A stretch of DNA of 63,518 nt, the filler included, from Octopus bimaculoides (taxonomy: Eukaryota), in NCBI RefSeq assembly GCF_001194135.2. It is 4 parts of 4 records of this genome, joined end to end, with 100 filler letters (N's around TTAATTAATTAA, not from the genome) between each part and the next. Parts side by side here need not be neighbours in the genome. Positions count along the whole stretch, not along the records: positions 34,077 to 58,356 come from NC_068995.1; 3 more parts are not named here. One strand, given 5' to 3'. This document shows positions 34,180 to 48,223 of this stretch, in pieces (position 1 is the first letter of the stretch; each line of letters begins with the position of its first letter). The notes under the pieces are model-generated. The model saw only the letters and a list, made by a program, of their open reading frames with translations, was not told the DNA's origin and searched no databases. The translations under genes were made by a program, and so were the position numbers.

Positions 34180-35525
34180 CAACCGGACACATCCACACTC
34201 GTTCGTTTGGCCGAATTTGTCCTCTCACTCAACTGCTTCTCATTCGCTCGTCATTTTTACCAACATTTCTTGGTAGTGGTCATGGGAACGAGAATGGTCC
34301 CCAACTATACGAATCTCTTCGTTGGCTACATTGAAGCCCATATATTCTGAAGTTTCACTGGTCCCATCCCGAATTATCCAGTTGTTATATTGACTACTGT
34401 ATCTCTGCGACCTCACTCTCCCGCGAACATCTTGACTACCTCTCTTTTGTCAATTCTTTCCATCCAGCCCTCCACTTCTCATTGCACTATCTCTGACACC
34501 ACTGACTCCCTTCTTGATATTTCAGTCAACCTTCATCACTCCACTCTCACCACCTCCATCCACTACCTATACACAGACTCACTCTCATACCTCAACTTCT
34601 CCACCTCCCACCCTCAACACACCAAGCTTTCCAACACCTATTCCCAATTTTCCCGTCTACGAAGGCTCTGCAGTGACGAGTCATGAGTCGAGACTCCGTC
34701 TCAACTCATGGCTCGCCAATTGATCCCACGTGGATATTCCCTCACCGCAATCCACACCACCCTTGCCAGAGCACGATCCCTGGACCGGGCATCTGCTCTC
34801 TCCTCCACACCCACCCCGTGATCTCCCGTTTTCCCTCACCCTTTCCAACGCACCATTCTCGGAGCCATCCAGCGATAACAGTCCAATCCCTCCAATTCGC
34901 ACAACTCCCCTCCTTCAAGCGAGCCCACAACCTACGAGACCTCTTGGTCCACAATTTCTTCTCTAACCCAACCTTCCAACCCGGCTCGTTCCCCTGCTTC
35001 TGCCCATGCTTCCGAAATTGCCCTTACCACTCCAACATCACCCTCCTCACCGGCAACCATCATCGACACAATCATATATATCACCGACTCCTTCACCTGC
35101 ACTTCTAACAATGTCATCTACTGCACCTCCTGCTCTCTGTGCACTTATCTATACATCAGGGAAACTGGACGCCGCTTGGATGACCGGTTCGCGGAACGCC
35201 TCCGAGACATCCGACTCGGCAATGACACCCTTCTATCGCGCCATTTCCGCTCTACCTGTCACTCTTTGAAACACCTGTCTGTGATCGGATTGTACTTGCA
35301 CAGAGGCCATCGGACTGCCATTTGCGCCGCGAACTTGATAGCTGCTAATCTTCAACATATATAAGTGTAGAGACGTTATAGTGTGCGACCTCAGAGGGAT
35401 AGTCGAACTGGGGCTCAATGTACGAAATAGGTAATTTAACTGAACCTTTTTGGAATGACAGTGACCTACACCACTAGCAATCGAAAGACCTTTGAGAAAG
35501 CAGTTGTTTGTTGGCGTTTCAGGTA
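34180..35525 (+). mobile_element. Penelope-like retroelement, 5'-truncated (RT C-terminus, Cys-rich linker, GIY-YIG), decayed
   Basis: Reads STLVRLAEFVLSLNCFSF..FYQ...MGTRM.PNY.NLFVGYIE; LDISV..TDSLSYLNFSTSHP; SQFSRLRRLCSDE; FKRAHNLRDLLV; PC.CP..RNCP; NVIYCTSCSLC..LYIRETGRRLDDRF.E. Confidence 0.9.
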
Positions 35526-35534
35526 TATATACAG

Positions 35535-35609
<75 letters not shown>

Positions 35610-36090
35610 NNNNNNNNNNNNNNNNNNNNNNNNNNNNNNNNNNNNNNNNNNNNNNNNNNNNNNNNNNNNNNNNNNNNNNNNNNNNNNNNNNNNNNNNNNN
35701 NNNNNNNNNNNNNNNNNNNNNNNNNNNNNNNNNNNNNNNNNNNNNNNNNNNNNNNNNNNNNNNNNNNNNNNNNNNNNNNNNNNNNNNNNNNNNNNNNNNN
35801 NNNNNNNNNNNNNNNNNNNNNNNNNNNNNNNNNNNNNNNNNNNNNNNNNNNNNNNNNNNNNNNNNNNNNNNNNNNNNNNNNNNNNNNNNNNNNNNNNNNN
35901 NNNNNNNNNNNNNNNNNNNNNNNNNNNNNNNNNNNNNNNNNNNNGGAGGCTGCAACCCATTTCTATAGATGAGTGAACTTGGAAGAACATGAAATGAAGT
36001 GTCTTGCTCAAGAAAACAATACACAACCCAGTCCGGGATTCGAGCTCACTACTCATACACGCACCTTCACACACATACACGCGTGCACAT

Positions 36091-36158
<68 letters not shown>

Positions 36159-39100
36159 GAAGTTATATTTAGAGTTATTCATGTATAAAGATAGAGATAA
36201 AGAATTATGTGTTTTAAATTGACACAGAATATGTGCAATAATCTGCATGTTAGGTTCTCACTACATGTATATATTGCAACGTGCTAATGTTTTTATTTTT
36301 TTCATGTGAACTACTTGCTGAATATACCTGTGTTTTGAAATGTAGTACACTTCTGATTATTCGGCTTTTGCGGTCATATTTAGTGTGTCGAATGTTTCCA
36401 TGAGGTTTAAGCCTATATAACGTGATGGTAAAGTAAATACATATATTTACAAGAATACATTCTACGCACGTACTCGTTAAGCATATAAGCATATGTATGT
36501 CTACCTACTTCACGCACGTATACATGCATATATTGATGTATGTACATGTGTACAGACTGCGTGTGATACCAAGAGTGAAATGTAAATGGGTGGAATATAA
36601 ATAATAGATATATTCATAGATATTGCAATACACAAACGAATATATATTTAAGTTTATAAGAAAGGGAATAAAGAAAACATATTCGTCGATGTTTGTGCCT
36701 AGATTTTGACGCAGATAAATACATAGCCTGATAGGTAAAAATCATTGTANNNNNNNNNNNNNNNNNNNNNNNNNNNNNNNNNNNNNNNNNNNNNNNNNNN
36801 NNNNNNNNNNNNNNNNNNNNNNNNNNNNNNNNNNNNNNNNNNNNNNNNNNNNNNNNNNNNNNNNNNNNNNNNNNNNNNNNNNNNNNNNNNNNNNNNNNNN
36901 NNNNNNNNNNNNNNNNNNNNNNNNNNNNNNNNNNNNNNNNNNNNNNNNNNNNNNNNNNNNNNNNNNNNNNNNNNNNNNNNNNNNNNNNNNNNNNNNNNNN
37001 NNNNNNNNNNNNNNNNNNNNNNNNNNNNNNNNNNNNNNNNNNNNNNNNNNNNTATATATATACATATACTTATGTACGTGTGTGTATGTATATTTCTCTT
37101 TTTCTCTGTCACTATCTATTCCATCTATCTTTATACCGTCTATATATTTCTCTCTCACTCGCTCACCCTCAGTATGCACTCACATACACATGTGTCGAGA
37201 AAGAGCGAGTGAGAGAGAGAGAGAAAGAGAGTGTGAGTGAGAGAGTGATAGGTAGATAGACAAATATTTAGACGGAGGGATGGCGAGAGGGAGTCAGAAG
37301 GAATGCAAATGAGAGACAATGGGTTATATCACTGAAGAGCTTTGTGTCTGAAAATTAGATATACGTTGTATTGTGAAGTTGGTATATTGTATGGTATTTT
37401 ATGGATTTGAGCAAACAATTGATCAATCGATTTGGATGTTTGTTTCTATGTAGATATGGAAGCAAGCGCCTTTATATTTGATATTCAAGTTCAAGAATCA
37501 ATATGATAAGAGGATTTATATAGGCTGTTCGATCTAATACAACATTGTAAAACCGAAACATTGGACAAGAATAACATGAAAAGCAAAGGAAAACAAAAGT
37601 AATAATACTAGATAATTTAATGTGAAGAAAGAAAGCAAAGGAAGTTTATAAAATAATTTTCACACAGTCAAAATATAAATGACTTATGTATTGAAAATTT
37701 CGTCAGATTAAGTGAATTTTTCAATTTCGATATCATCAAGTAGATTTAAGATCTTCTGTGGAAATGTGGAAAAGACACTGAACATTAAAATGTTTTGACT
37801 GCCTAATCATCTACGCCGATGACCTTTTTAGCAATACTGACTGATTTGTAGTTGCGTGGCGCCAACAAATGAAATATTGCCACTGTAATGTATGAAATAA
37901 CTCTACTTTTGCTGCATAAAACATTTGATTTAATATACATCAGACCTGTTTTCATGCAACGCTCACGCAACTATTCATTTGTCTGACGCCATCACTATTA
38001 CATCGAAACAAAAGTGTGTAGGCGCTGAGAAATTCGTATAGATTTATTATTATAAATGGAACACCAAAAAGGATAGTAAAACCTGTGAGTTAGTTTAGCA
38101 TTAAATACATACATACATACATACATATATATATNNNNNNNNNNTATATATATATATGCATGTATGTATGTATGTATATGCCTATTTTCATCTAATGTGT
38201 TCTTTTATTTTTCATGTATTCTAATTTTTGTTTCCCTACTGTTGTTGATATAAATACAAAAACTAAATAAATAAAAGTTGAGGAAAAGAAAAAAAAAACA
38301 ATGCGGAAGGAATTATGAGAAAAAGATGCTACAACAGAATAATATGATTACTAAAGATCCAGCCATAACCTTCCCTTTTTATTTTTTTGTTTTCGTATTT
38401 TAACTTCATTTTAAATCTGTAACTAAAAAAAAAATAATAGCAGAATTTTGGTCTTAGCACAATGGTTTCAATAGGATTGCTGGCTTATTTTTGAACATTT
38501 ATTTAATTTACGTAAGATTAGAAAATAATATTTTTGTATAAAAATTGTTTTCGTTCATATTCTCTTTGTAAAATTATGAGAAATAGAATATGTCATATCA
38601 TTTGCTTAAGCAAATGATATAATTCTTTGTATTGCCCTTTAATGAATCCTATTGTTAATATATAATAGCTGCTTTTCCTCTTTGTTCTTATTTCAAAACG
38701 TACCAACTTTATCGGTTCGTATACTTGTTTTATCTGCAGTTTGATATGTAATATCTAACAGTTACATGTATATGTTTGCTGCATATCATTGACGTTTCTA
38801 TTTAAAATTTACAATAAATTATATAAATCTATGAAAAGTTCATACTGAATTAAGATAAATGAAAAGCAATCAGATGTAGTTAGGCGTGGAGAGATCTACT
38901 CACTACATTATATTCAATGAAGCATCAAGTACATCCAAAAGTCCTTTTCTTTGGAGAATACTACGGAGACTGTAAAATTTTCTCTTGGTGACTACATGAC
39001 TGAAACCTATTAACATTTATAAAAGTATATCATTGACAACAGTGTAAGATCTCTCAGCATTCAGTTTCGTACTTCACCAGTTTGGGTTCAAATTACACTG

Positions 39101-39736
39101 ATTTTAGGTTCCAATATTAACACTTAATGAAATATTAACCGTAGCTGCTTCGAAAAAAAAAATACAGACAAGAAATCGCTCATGAATTGTCCACTTCTAC
39201 TATCACAAGCTACCAAATAAACAATATCTCTCCGTATGTGAATACAAATAATTACTCAAAACATCTTATGAATTGGAAACAAAATCTACAGGGAATTCTA
39301 CAGTGTGATCCGTGTTCCATTAATAGTTGCATACATACACGCGTGCAGACACACACATACACAAACAGACACACATACACACACCCACACACACACATAC
39401 ACACACATTTCTGTCTACGAATGACCTTAGATAAAAAGAAGCTGAAAATCTCAAGTTGTATCCAGCTGAAGATTACAAAACGAAGTGAAATGATATGATT
39501 CACGGTTACTATTATAATAATAAAGAATAATATTAAAAGAATTATGTGCAGTAAGATGTATGCTCTTCTCATTCTTTTCCTTTGTTGTAAGCAATAAATT
39601 CTCCCCAAGAGAGATGTATATACTTAGAAACTGTTATTTCACCCTAAGAAACAACTCCGTTCCGCTCTCTCTTTCTACCATAGTATACACAGCTTCATGT
39701 AAGAACATCCACACACGCACACACACACGCACACAC

Positions 39737-39791
<55 letters not shown>

Positions 39792-40479
39792 NNNNNNNNN
39801 NNNNNNNNNNNNNNNNNNNNNNNNNNNNNNNNNNNNNNNNNNNNNNNNNNNNNNNNNNNNNNNNNNNNNNNNNNNNNNNNNNNNNNNNNNNNNNNNNNNN
39901 NNNNNNNNNNNNNNNNNNNNNNNNNNNNNNNNNNNNNNNNNNNNNNNNNNNNNNNNNNNNNNNNNNNNNNNNNNNNNNNNNNNNNNNNNNNNNNNNNNNN
40001 NNNNNNNNNNNNNNNNNNNNNNNNNNNNNNNNNNNNNNNNNNNNNNNNNNNNNNNNNNNNNNNNNNNNNNNNNNNNNNNNNNNNNNNNNNNNNNNNNNNN
40101 NNNNNNNNNNNNNNNNNNNNNNNNNNNNNNNNNNNNNNNNNNNNNNNNNNNNNNNNNNNNNNNNNNNNNNNNNNNNNNNNNNNNNNNNNNNNNNNNNNNN
40201 NNNNNNNNNNNNNNNNNNNNNNNNNNNNNNNNNNNNNNNNNNNNNNNNNNNNNNNNNNNNNNNNNNNNNNNNNNNNNNNNNNNNNNNNNNNNNNNNNNNN
40301 NNNNNNNNNNNNNNNNNNNNNNNNNNNNNNNNNNNNNNNNNNNNNNNNNNNNNNNNNNNNNNNNNNNNNNNNNNNNNNNNNNNNNNNNNNNNNNNNNGTG
40401 TGTGTGTGTGTGTGTGTGTGTTTGTGTGTGTGTGTCTGTGTGTGTGTCTGTGTGTGTGTGTGCGCGTGTGTGTGCGCGC

Positions 40480-40810
40480 ACGTGCATTTGAAGTAGCTCT
40501 GTGTCGGTGCTATTGGTTTTTTCCTTCCATCGAGTGCGCTTTTCTTTGGTGGCAAGGTCATGTTTATTCTTCTCTTCACTTCACCCCCTTTCCCAGTTTT
40601 TATCTCCAGCGTGGGCGATCAATTGAGCCCTCATCTCATCTCAGGACGTCAGATCTATTGACTTGATAACTCTAGCAGATGTACTTGAAACGAAGATGAA
40701 GTCTTGCTCTTGTCCCGGTGGCCAATTCCCCATAAAAGAGGTTTTTTTGGATCTTCCCATCCGCATTTGATATAAATGAACAAGCCAACACATACGACGC
40801 TACTGGAGCA
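40480..40810 (-). mobile_element. RTE-clade LINE 3' fragment
   Basis: Reads RRMCWLVHL..M.DGKIQKNLFYGELATGTRARLHLRFKYIC, similar to RTE LRWLGHV.RM.DGR.PK.LLYGEL..G.R..GRP.LRYKD.C. Confidence 0.8.
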
Positions 40811-40917
40811 GGGTTAGTACACTGATCTTGCACTATTGAGGTCTTCGGTGTTAGTGATGCAGTCGGTATGTATCTGCATGCATATGCATATGCATGTGCA
40901 TGTGAGCATGTACATGC

Positions 40918-40978
<61 letters not shown>

Positions 40979-41162
40979 TGAGTGAGTGAGAGAGAGAAAG
41001 AGAGAGAAGGGGAATATAATTCTGGAAAATATAGCGAAGAACTGAAGACAGAATACATAAAAACGAACAGTTGTAAGATCAAATCATCCGACTTGAATAC
41101 ACCCACACGCTTCCGTGCGTGCTCTCTCACTCATATATCCATCTATATGTATGTATGTAAGC

Positions 41163-41222
<60 letters not shown>

Positions 41223-44200
41223 NNNNNNNNNNNNNNNNNNNNNNNNNNNNNNNNNNNNNNNNNNNNNNNNNNNNNNNNNNNNNNNNNNNNNNNNNNNNNN
41301 NNNNNNNNNNNNNNNNNNNNNNNNNNNNNNNNNNNNNNNNNNNNNNNNNNNNNNNNNNNNNNNNNNNNNNNNNNNNNNNNNNNNNNNNNNNNNNNNNNNA
41401 TATATATCATAAAAGTAATAACCATACTATGCACATAAGCAGTTTCAATTGCTGCGCTTATTATAATTAAAAAATTATTTCTGTAAACAAGTCCTTTGAA
41501 CAAGTACGAGATTGACTGGTGTAAAATTAACTACCTGCATCTTTAACTCAGATGTTATATAAATGTTTAATCATAAATATATCCATAAGTTAAAACGTTT
41601 TGCTTCTATTTACATACATTAGAGAGCTGATTATACTTTATAACGCTCAGGGTAATTAATATCATTATAATGAAGTGATAGGTGGCGATATTTTAAAGAG
41701 AATTTTCGAATTATATATTTGAGTAATGTTTCGTGTTTTGAATATATAAAACGCTTAACTTGATTAGTGATGAATTGAAGACGTTATAAAATTTCATTAC
41801 TCACAAGTGCCTGTGAAGCTTTATACGCAATCGTACAGCTAGAATTCATTTTGTTATATTGGTTACATTTGAGAAATTCATTGCGAATATAAAATTAACA
41901 TGTCTGAATTAGAGACGTGTTTATATTGAAGAAAATGTTTCCTACATCGAACTAAAATCTGAATGATTTTCATTTATAGTGAATGTAATAAAATTGTAAA
42001 TAATGCAGGCGCCATAAACCTGCAGTTTCTGCATGAATATAAATATACGAGGAATATTCTTGTCTTGAGATGGTAATGTAGCATGTGCAATTTACATAAA
42101 CAAGAATGTATATTGTAACTAGGAAATAAAACTATCAGTAATTTTATTGAAGATCACGTAATTACTTATGTTCGTAACCTTTTTAACCCTGCAAGTTATC
42201 AATAATTGTACACGTTGTTTTGGCTTATCGACATGATCACTTTCACACTGGCTTTTATTCCATCGTTTGCCACCTACCACCATTTCGAATCTTAATGTTT
42301 TCACAGTTTTCATTGTTTTTACACTGGCTGTCTCCTTATATTGATATGCATCACGTCAACACTCAGTTTCATAAAATTTCTTTTCAAGTCAGGCCAAATC
42401 CATTATTTCATGATTTATAATAACATCTTCTATTACGGGCAACATTCACCATATCCTTATCCAAACGTGTTTAGTGTTATTTCAAATCTATAGCATTTCC
42501 CTGCATTATTTCGAAATTGGAAACAAATATGAGTTTGCAAGTCGAACATTGTTGTTTGGGAGAATAAATTGTGAAAGGCTTAAAATGTCAATAGAATTTG
42601 TAGAGAATGGTGTGACTGCTGCTCCGAAGAGAATGCTTGAGTTGTGACTCACGGCCTGATGCGTGAACTTATATCGTGAAGATATTCAGGGTTAGAGAAG
42701 GGAAATAATTTCAATCTCCATTTGAACATCAACATCCGGGAATTTAACCTCATGCTAGACCACGTTCGTCGCAAATCACAGCATACATTGCGGATTTCTA
42801 TATTGGATAGAAACTTTACTGATCTGGTGTGATCTTACTAATATCAGAAGTGTCTTTGAATAATCTTAACTTAACCTTTCATCTGTAACTGTAACTCAAC
42901 GGATTTGAAAACCTATAAAATCTTTCAATGGATTGAACCAAACAATTTTACAGTTTTCATTACCATTTTCTTTGTTAAATTTTTTAGTGTCTTTTTCCTT
43001 TCCCATTTGATTTTCATCATTCTATAGTTTTTATTATGCAATTTTCTGTTTTTCTTGTAATGCGCACATATCGTATGTTCTACTTGACTTTTTATATTTG
43101 CCATTTTTTTCCAATGCATAGATTGTTAAAGCGGTAACATCGTTAGTAGAACTTTTGAAAGGATCTGAACTGTTTTTGAGGAATACATATAAAAGAAAGA
43201 ATTATTGAAAAGCAATCAGTCGGCTTGCGTGAATCGATGCATTAAGCTCATTTGACACGCCATGTAAAAACTCTGCAACAGTGGTGTATTTCAATTGATG
43301 TTTAGAACCAAGTAACTGGTTATTTTCCCTGCCTACTACGGTGTAGTACAATGCCTAGCAATATTTCATCGTTGGTTTGAGTAAACTTTAGTTAAATAAT
43401 TTTGATTAATATTTTATAATTTTCTATCATTGTATGATGTATAATTTCTAATTCTTTATTTTTCTTGCAATTTAAAAAAAAAAGTAAAGTATGATAATTG
43501 CTAAAGATGTTTCCTGTTAAAAAATCTATTAAAATTAATAAATCATACAATTTTAAATGAAATGTGTGAAGCAAAAATGATTAAGAAATTGTTGCTTTCT
43601 TAAAAAGCATCTGGTGGCGAAATGTCTTTCATTAGTGTAGAATTCATTTCATTTTTTTAACGGGTTTTCATTTGATAAAACTTATAGAATTTTTTCAGTT
43701 ATTTCAAAAATAAATTGGTTAAGCATTCAGTGCCTAAATGTATTTTTTGCTCTACGTGAGCATGAAATAAAGTGCTGCATTTTAAAATTGTTTGACTTTG
43801 ATTCATTTGCATTTAGGCATGTCCATCTAAACAATTTTAGTATTGACTTTATGAAAATATTTTGCGTTCTTCAATGCATTAAAATAACAACAAAACATCA
43901 CAGTGAAATGTTGACTTCGAAGGTATGTTTACTCCATGAAATTAAATAAATAATAAATATAAAACTACAGGTATATGTGTGTATGCATGAATGCGTGTGC
44001 TTACGTGTGCATATGTATATGTGTATGTATATGTGTATGTATATGTGTGCGTGTGTCTATATGTATGTGTGTGTGTTATTTTTGTTTTACATCGAATTCA
44101 TAACATTTGAATGCCAATAAAAATCGAACATTACAGTTACGCTACACCAACCCTCATATATTCGTTGCAATAACATAATATAACATAATATCTCGTTACT

Positions 44201-44556
44201 AAAGCGAGATAGGAGACGTGTATTTTAATTCATACTATGGATTCAAGTTGATAAAAATGATCATTGATTTTGCAAACGTTTTACAATGGAGTTTAGAGAA
44301 ATACATTTTCTGGCGTATCTCACTGCTAAGTGAAGGTAATACTTTCTAATAGAATATAATCTAAAATTTCAATTGAGATATATCAATGTTTAAGGCATGG
44401 TATGTGCTGTACATCTTTTACTTATTTCATTCATTGGATTGCAGAGATGCTACGGCACCACGTTAACATTTTTTGGTAGAGCATTTCGGTAGTCTGATAC
44501 ATATATCAGCAATAGTTTCGACGTTTGTCACGATAATGATAGGTACAGAAGCAAAT

Positions 44557-44587
<31 letters not shown>

Positions 44588-45766
44588 CACACATCCGTTT
44601 ATCAATTTCAAGCTCACGGTTAAACCGAGGCTATAGTAAAAGTGTATTTTCCCAAACCCGAGATCACATACTTTCAGCTGTTTCTGCACCAATATGATTA
44701 ATATTTCATGTCAATAACCATTTGTTCTTCAACCAATTTGGCAGCAAATCAAAGCTTTGTTGTCTCATTTAAATTCACATACAGGTATAGTGTTTAACAT
44801 CGGTCTATTTTCTGGTAGATGTACTTACATAGAGCTTTTTGAGAAACGAAGACAATCTCCCAATGGCGAGCATCTGATAATCCGAACTGTATAATTACAT
44901 TTTTAGTATAAGTACGGAAACACGGCGACGAGCTGGCAGAATCATTAGTAGGCCATGGAAAAAATATTATTTGTATTTCACCCGTCTTTATACTTTGAGT
45001 TCAAGACCTAAATTTTATCCTTTAGAGATCGATAAAATGAGTACTTCTCGAACAATGAGCTCGATGTAATCGACAAAGTTCCTCTCTCGAACTTGCGCCA
45101 ACATTTGGAAGCGATATAAATAGTTAAAGAAGGCAGTGAGCTGGAAGTACGCCGGGGAAAATGCTTCGCGACATTTCATCCATCTTTACGTTATGAGTTC
45201 AATTTTTTTTCATCATTTTCGGGTCAATAAAATAAGTACCAGTTGAACACTGGGAGTCGGTGTGATCAACCTACCACTTCTCCCAAATTTCTGACCTTAT
45301 GCTAAAATTTGAAAGCAACATAAGTAGATAAATTAAGACATTTAAAAAACTGTCTTAACGATTAGATTACAGAAGTGCCACTTAACGTTATGAATTGCAT
45401 TGTTCCTTAATGGTTAACATTAAGGAACACTGCAGTTGCAATGTAATGGTTTCAGTTGCATATATACTCTCAGATAGTCTCACTTTCAAAAAAAAAGAAA
45501 ATGTAGGTTTCAGAAATATTTTGACAATCTAGTTCTATAATAATTGAGTTTTACCGGACTGACAAACTTTTTTGCATGGTATATTTCCATCTCCAGAGTT
45601 TTCGGTTTTGAACCTGTTCTTGTAAGAAATTTTGATAACTAACGCAATTTGGAATTTGATATTTTCAATATACATTCAGTCTATCAATCTTGCTAGCATG
45701 CTAGCTATCGTACATTTGAATACATACATATATACATGTATAAATTCACACACACACACACACATA

Positions 45767-48223
45767 CAGTCTATCCTCGCTCTTATGCCACCCCGATTTT
45801 CTGCCAACCCCGCTTACCGCCATAAAATAATTCAAACCCGATTTCCGCCTCTGTTGTTAACTAACGTTGAATTCCTCCGATTTTATGCCCCTAGATGTCC
45901 GCCATCCACCAATACATTTTGCGACACAATCGCTCCTTAATAATAACTCCTTAATAATTTCCCCGATTTACCGCCAAATCACAACAAATTTACCGCCCAA
46001 ACAATTTTGTCATACCTGAATAGCAGTTATAAACATACATGCATAATACAAATCTAGAGGGCACTAAACTTCAAGTCAAGCATGCTAACATACAATAGCA
46101 AAAGTAGAAAAGTAGAGCATTTAGTCGATTTAGCATGTGCTAATGACGATAAGTTGATATTCCTTGCTCATAAAATTGGGTTATAATTTATTTTTTGTTT
46201 TAACGAACAAGTTTATTAAAGAGATTATTTTCTTTTTAGTATCATTCTTCAACATGAACGCTATTTTCTGTAAGCGCAGACGGTCTATCATTGCAGTAAC
46301 ACAGAAAGAAGAAGTTATTTTAATATCATAAAGTTCATCCAAATGCTAGTCAACAATGTATTGCAGATTATTTCGGTAATGCATGGAGAGAAAATATCAA
46401 ACGAAGAACTATAGTTGACATTATTCAGCAGAAAGATAAGTGGAGAGTTATTGAAGATCCAGAGGCAAAACGTCAAAAAACCGCCAAACACTCAGATTTA
46501 GAAGGAGCTCCTTTTTATGGTTTACTAGTATTCATACTAATGATGGTGTTATAACAGAAGAAATCTTGAGAAAGAAGCAAAGAAACTTAATCCAGAATTG
46601 AATATAAAAGATTTCACTTATTTCAATGGTTGGTTTCATAGATTTAAGCAGAGATACTCAATTAAATGTCAAATTCTTTCTGGTGAAAAGGTTGGTACAG
46701 ATGAACAACTCGTTACTGCTGGTTTACAGCTTGCTAAAGAGAAAATGAAGAAATTTGAACCAAGAATTTTTTTTAATATCGACAAAACAAGTTTATTTTT
46801 TAGCCAATTACCTAATAAAACGCTTACAACAAAAAACATTTACCAAAGGCGTCAAAAAGCAAAAGGAAAGACTTATTGTGGTGCTAGCTTGTAATGCTGA
46901 TGGCAGCGAAAAAGTACAACCTATTGTTATTGGAAGAATGTCCAAACCCCGATGTTCTATGAATTTTAACTAGAAACTTTATGTAGATTACGACTACAAT
47001 AGCAAAGCTTGGATGAACACAAGTACGTTTAGCACTTGGGTGAAAGGTCATGATAAGAAAATGCGACTTCTGCGACCAAAACGTTTAGTGATAATGGAGA
47101 ATGACCCTGGACACGACATACCTGATAAACTCATCAACGTAGAAGTTCACTTTCTCCCACCGACAACAACGTGCCACCTACAACTTCCAGACGCTACCAC
47201 CACAAACAACATCATTTAGACCAGAGAATCACTCGACTAGACGAAAGTGGTACTTATAACATCACCCTAAGTGACGCTATTTGGTGCATAAAAAAATCTT
47301 GGAACTCTGTGACACCATCTGCTACTTCTAACTGCTAGCACTACACTGGTGTCACACAAAAACCCAAAAGCACCGACACAGAAGTTGAAGACAGTGATGA
47401 CGACGTCAATATACCACTAGCTGAACTGATTAAACAAACTCCTACTTACCCTTCATTGGTAATGACTGCAGATGAGTTCATTAGCTTCGACGACAATGAA
47501 AAAACCTTTGCTCTTTTGCTAAGATGACCGATCAAGAAATTATTGAGTCGGTAAAACCGCTAGAACAAAGTGATGCCGAGGAACCCGCACCATAACCTAA
47601 ACCTACAACTAAAGATATAAGCAAAGCTCTGAATCTTCTTTGTGATTCCATAGAAGCAGAAGGTGATATGACTACTGAAGATTTATTACTTTTAGAAAAA
47701 AATATGAAAACGTTTTAGTACTAACAAAAGTTCGAAATATAAGCAGAAATATGTAATATTTTTTCACAAAATAAATTTTAAAAATTATTTTGTTCTTTAT
47801 TGTTTATCATTAAACAATATTCGTTTAACAATAAAACATTTATTAAAAATATTTCAACTAAAATCTAAACGATAGTCACAATGCATTATAATTGGTGATA
47901 TAACAAGGGTATAACCACCAGAAGGAGGGGAAAAAGGCAAGAAGTGCAATATTTTCTTTTTCCCTCCCCTCTCAAATTTCAATTCATCCCTTTCTTTTTT
48001 TTTTTTTGAAGTTTTTATAGGAAAATTCTGTTTACACATCACAAATCAAGTTTTACCCATTCTCCACTTTCCAAAAGTTTGCTACGATACTGTGTTATAT
48101 AAAAAGTTGCTATATGATCGGCTTTAAATCTCCTGCAGAAAGCCTCACTCAATTTACCACTAATCCCGTTAAACCGCCAATTTGTTATGGTCCCATTCAT
48201 GGCGGTATAACGAAGATAGAGTG
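45767..48223 (+). mobile_element. Full-length (2457 bp) pogo/Tigger-family transposon; transposase pseudogene at about 46254-47720
   Basis: TA|CAGTCTATCCTCGCTCTTATGCC...GGCGGTATAACGAAGATAGAGTG|TA imperfect TIRs. CENP-B-type HTH (GWFHRFKQRY) and DDE_1 blocks (FNIDKTSLFF, KERLIVVLACNADGSEK, KAWMN, MENDPGH, FLPPTTT). Several frameshifts. Confidence 0.93.

Noticed and set aside
38022-38084. Plus-strand candidate exons ALRNSYRFIIINGTPKRIVKP (38022-38084) and FPSHFDSVGSSQ (48840-48875)
   Set aside because: The acceptor or donor is weak, there is no recognisable homology, and no neighbouring exons chain with them.
38904-38985. Plus-strand HPKVLFFGEYYGD, resembling the Nan EYYGE motif
   Set aside because: It is on the wrong strand for the gene, a stop follows within six codons, and the LHIAI continuation is missing.
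42652-42797. Minus-strand open segment IRNVCCDLRR...SRIRP between AG and GTGAGT
   Set aside because: VCCDL only superficially resembles Nan VCWDL, and the required RGAVGET is absent. I cannot assign it.
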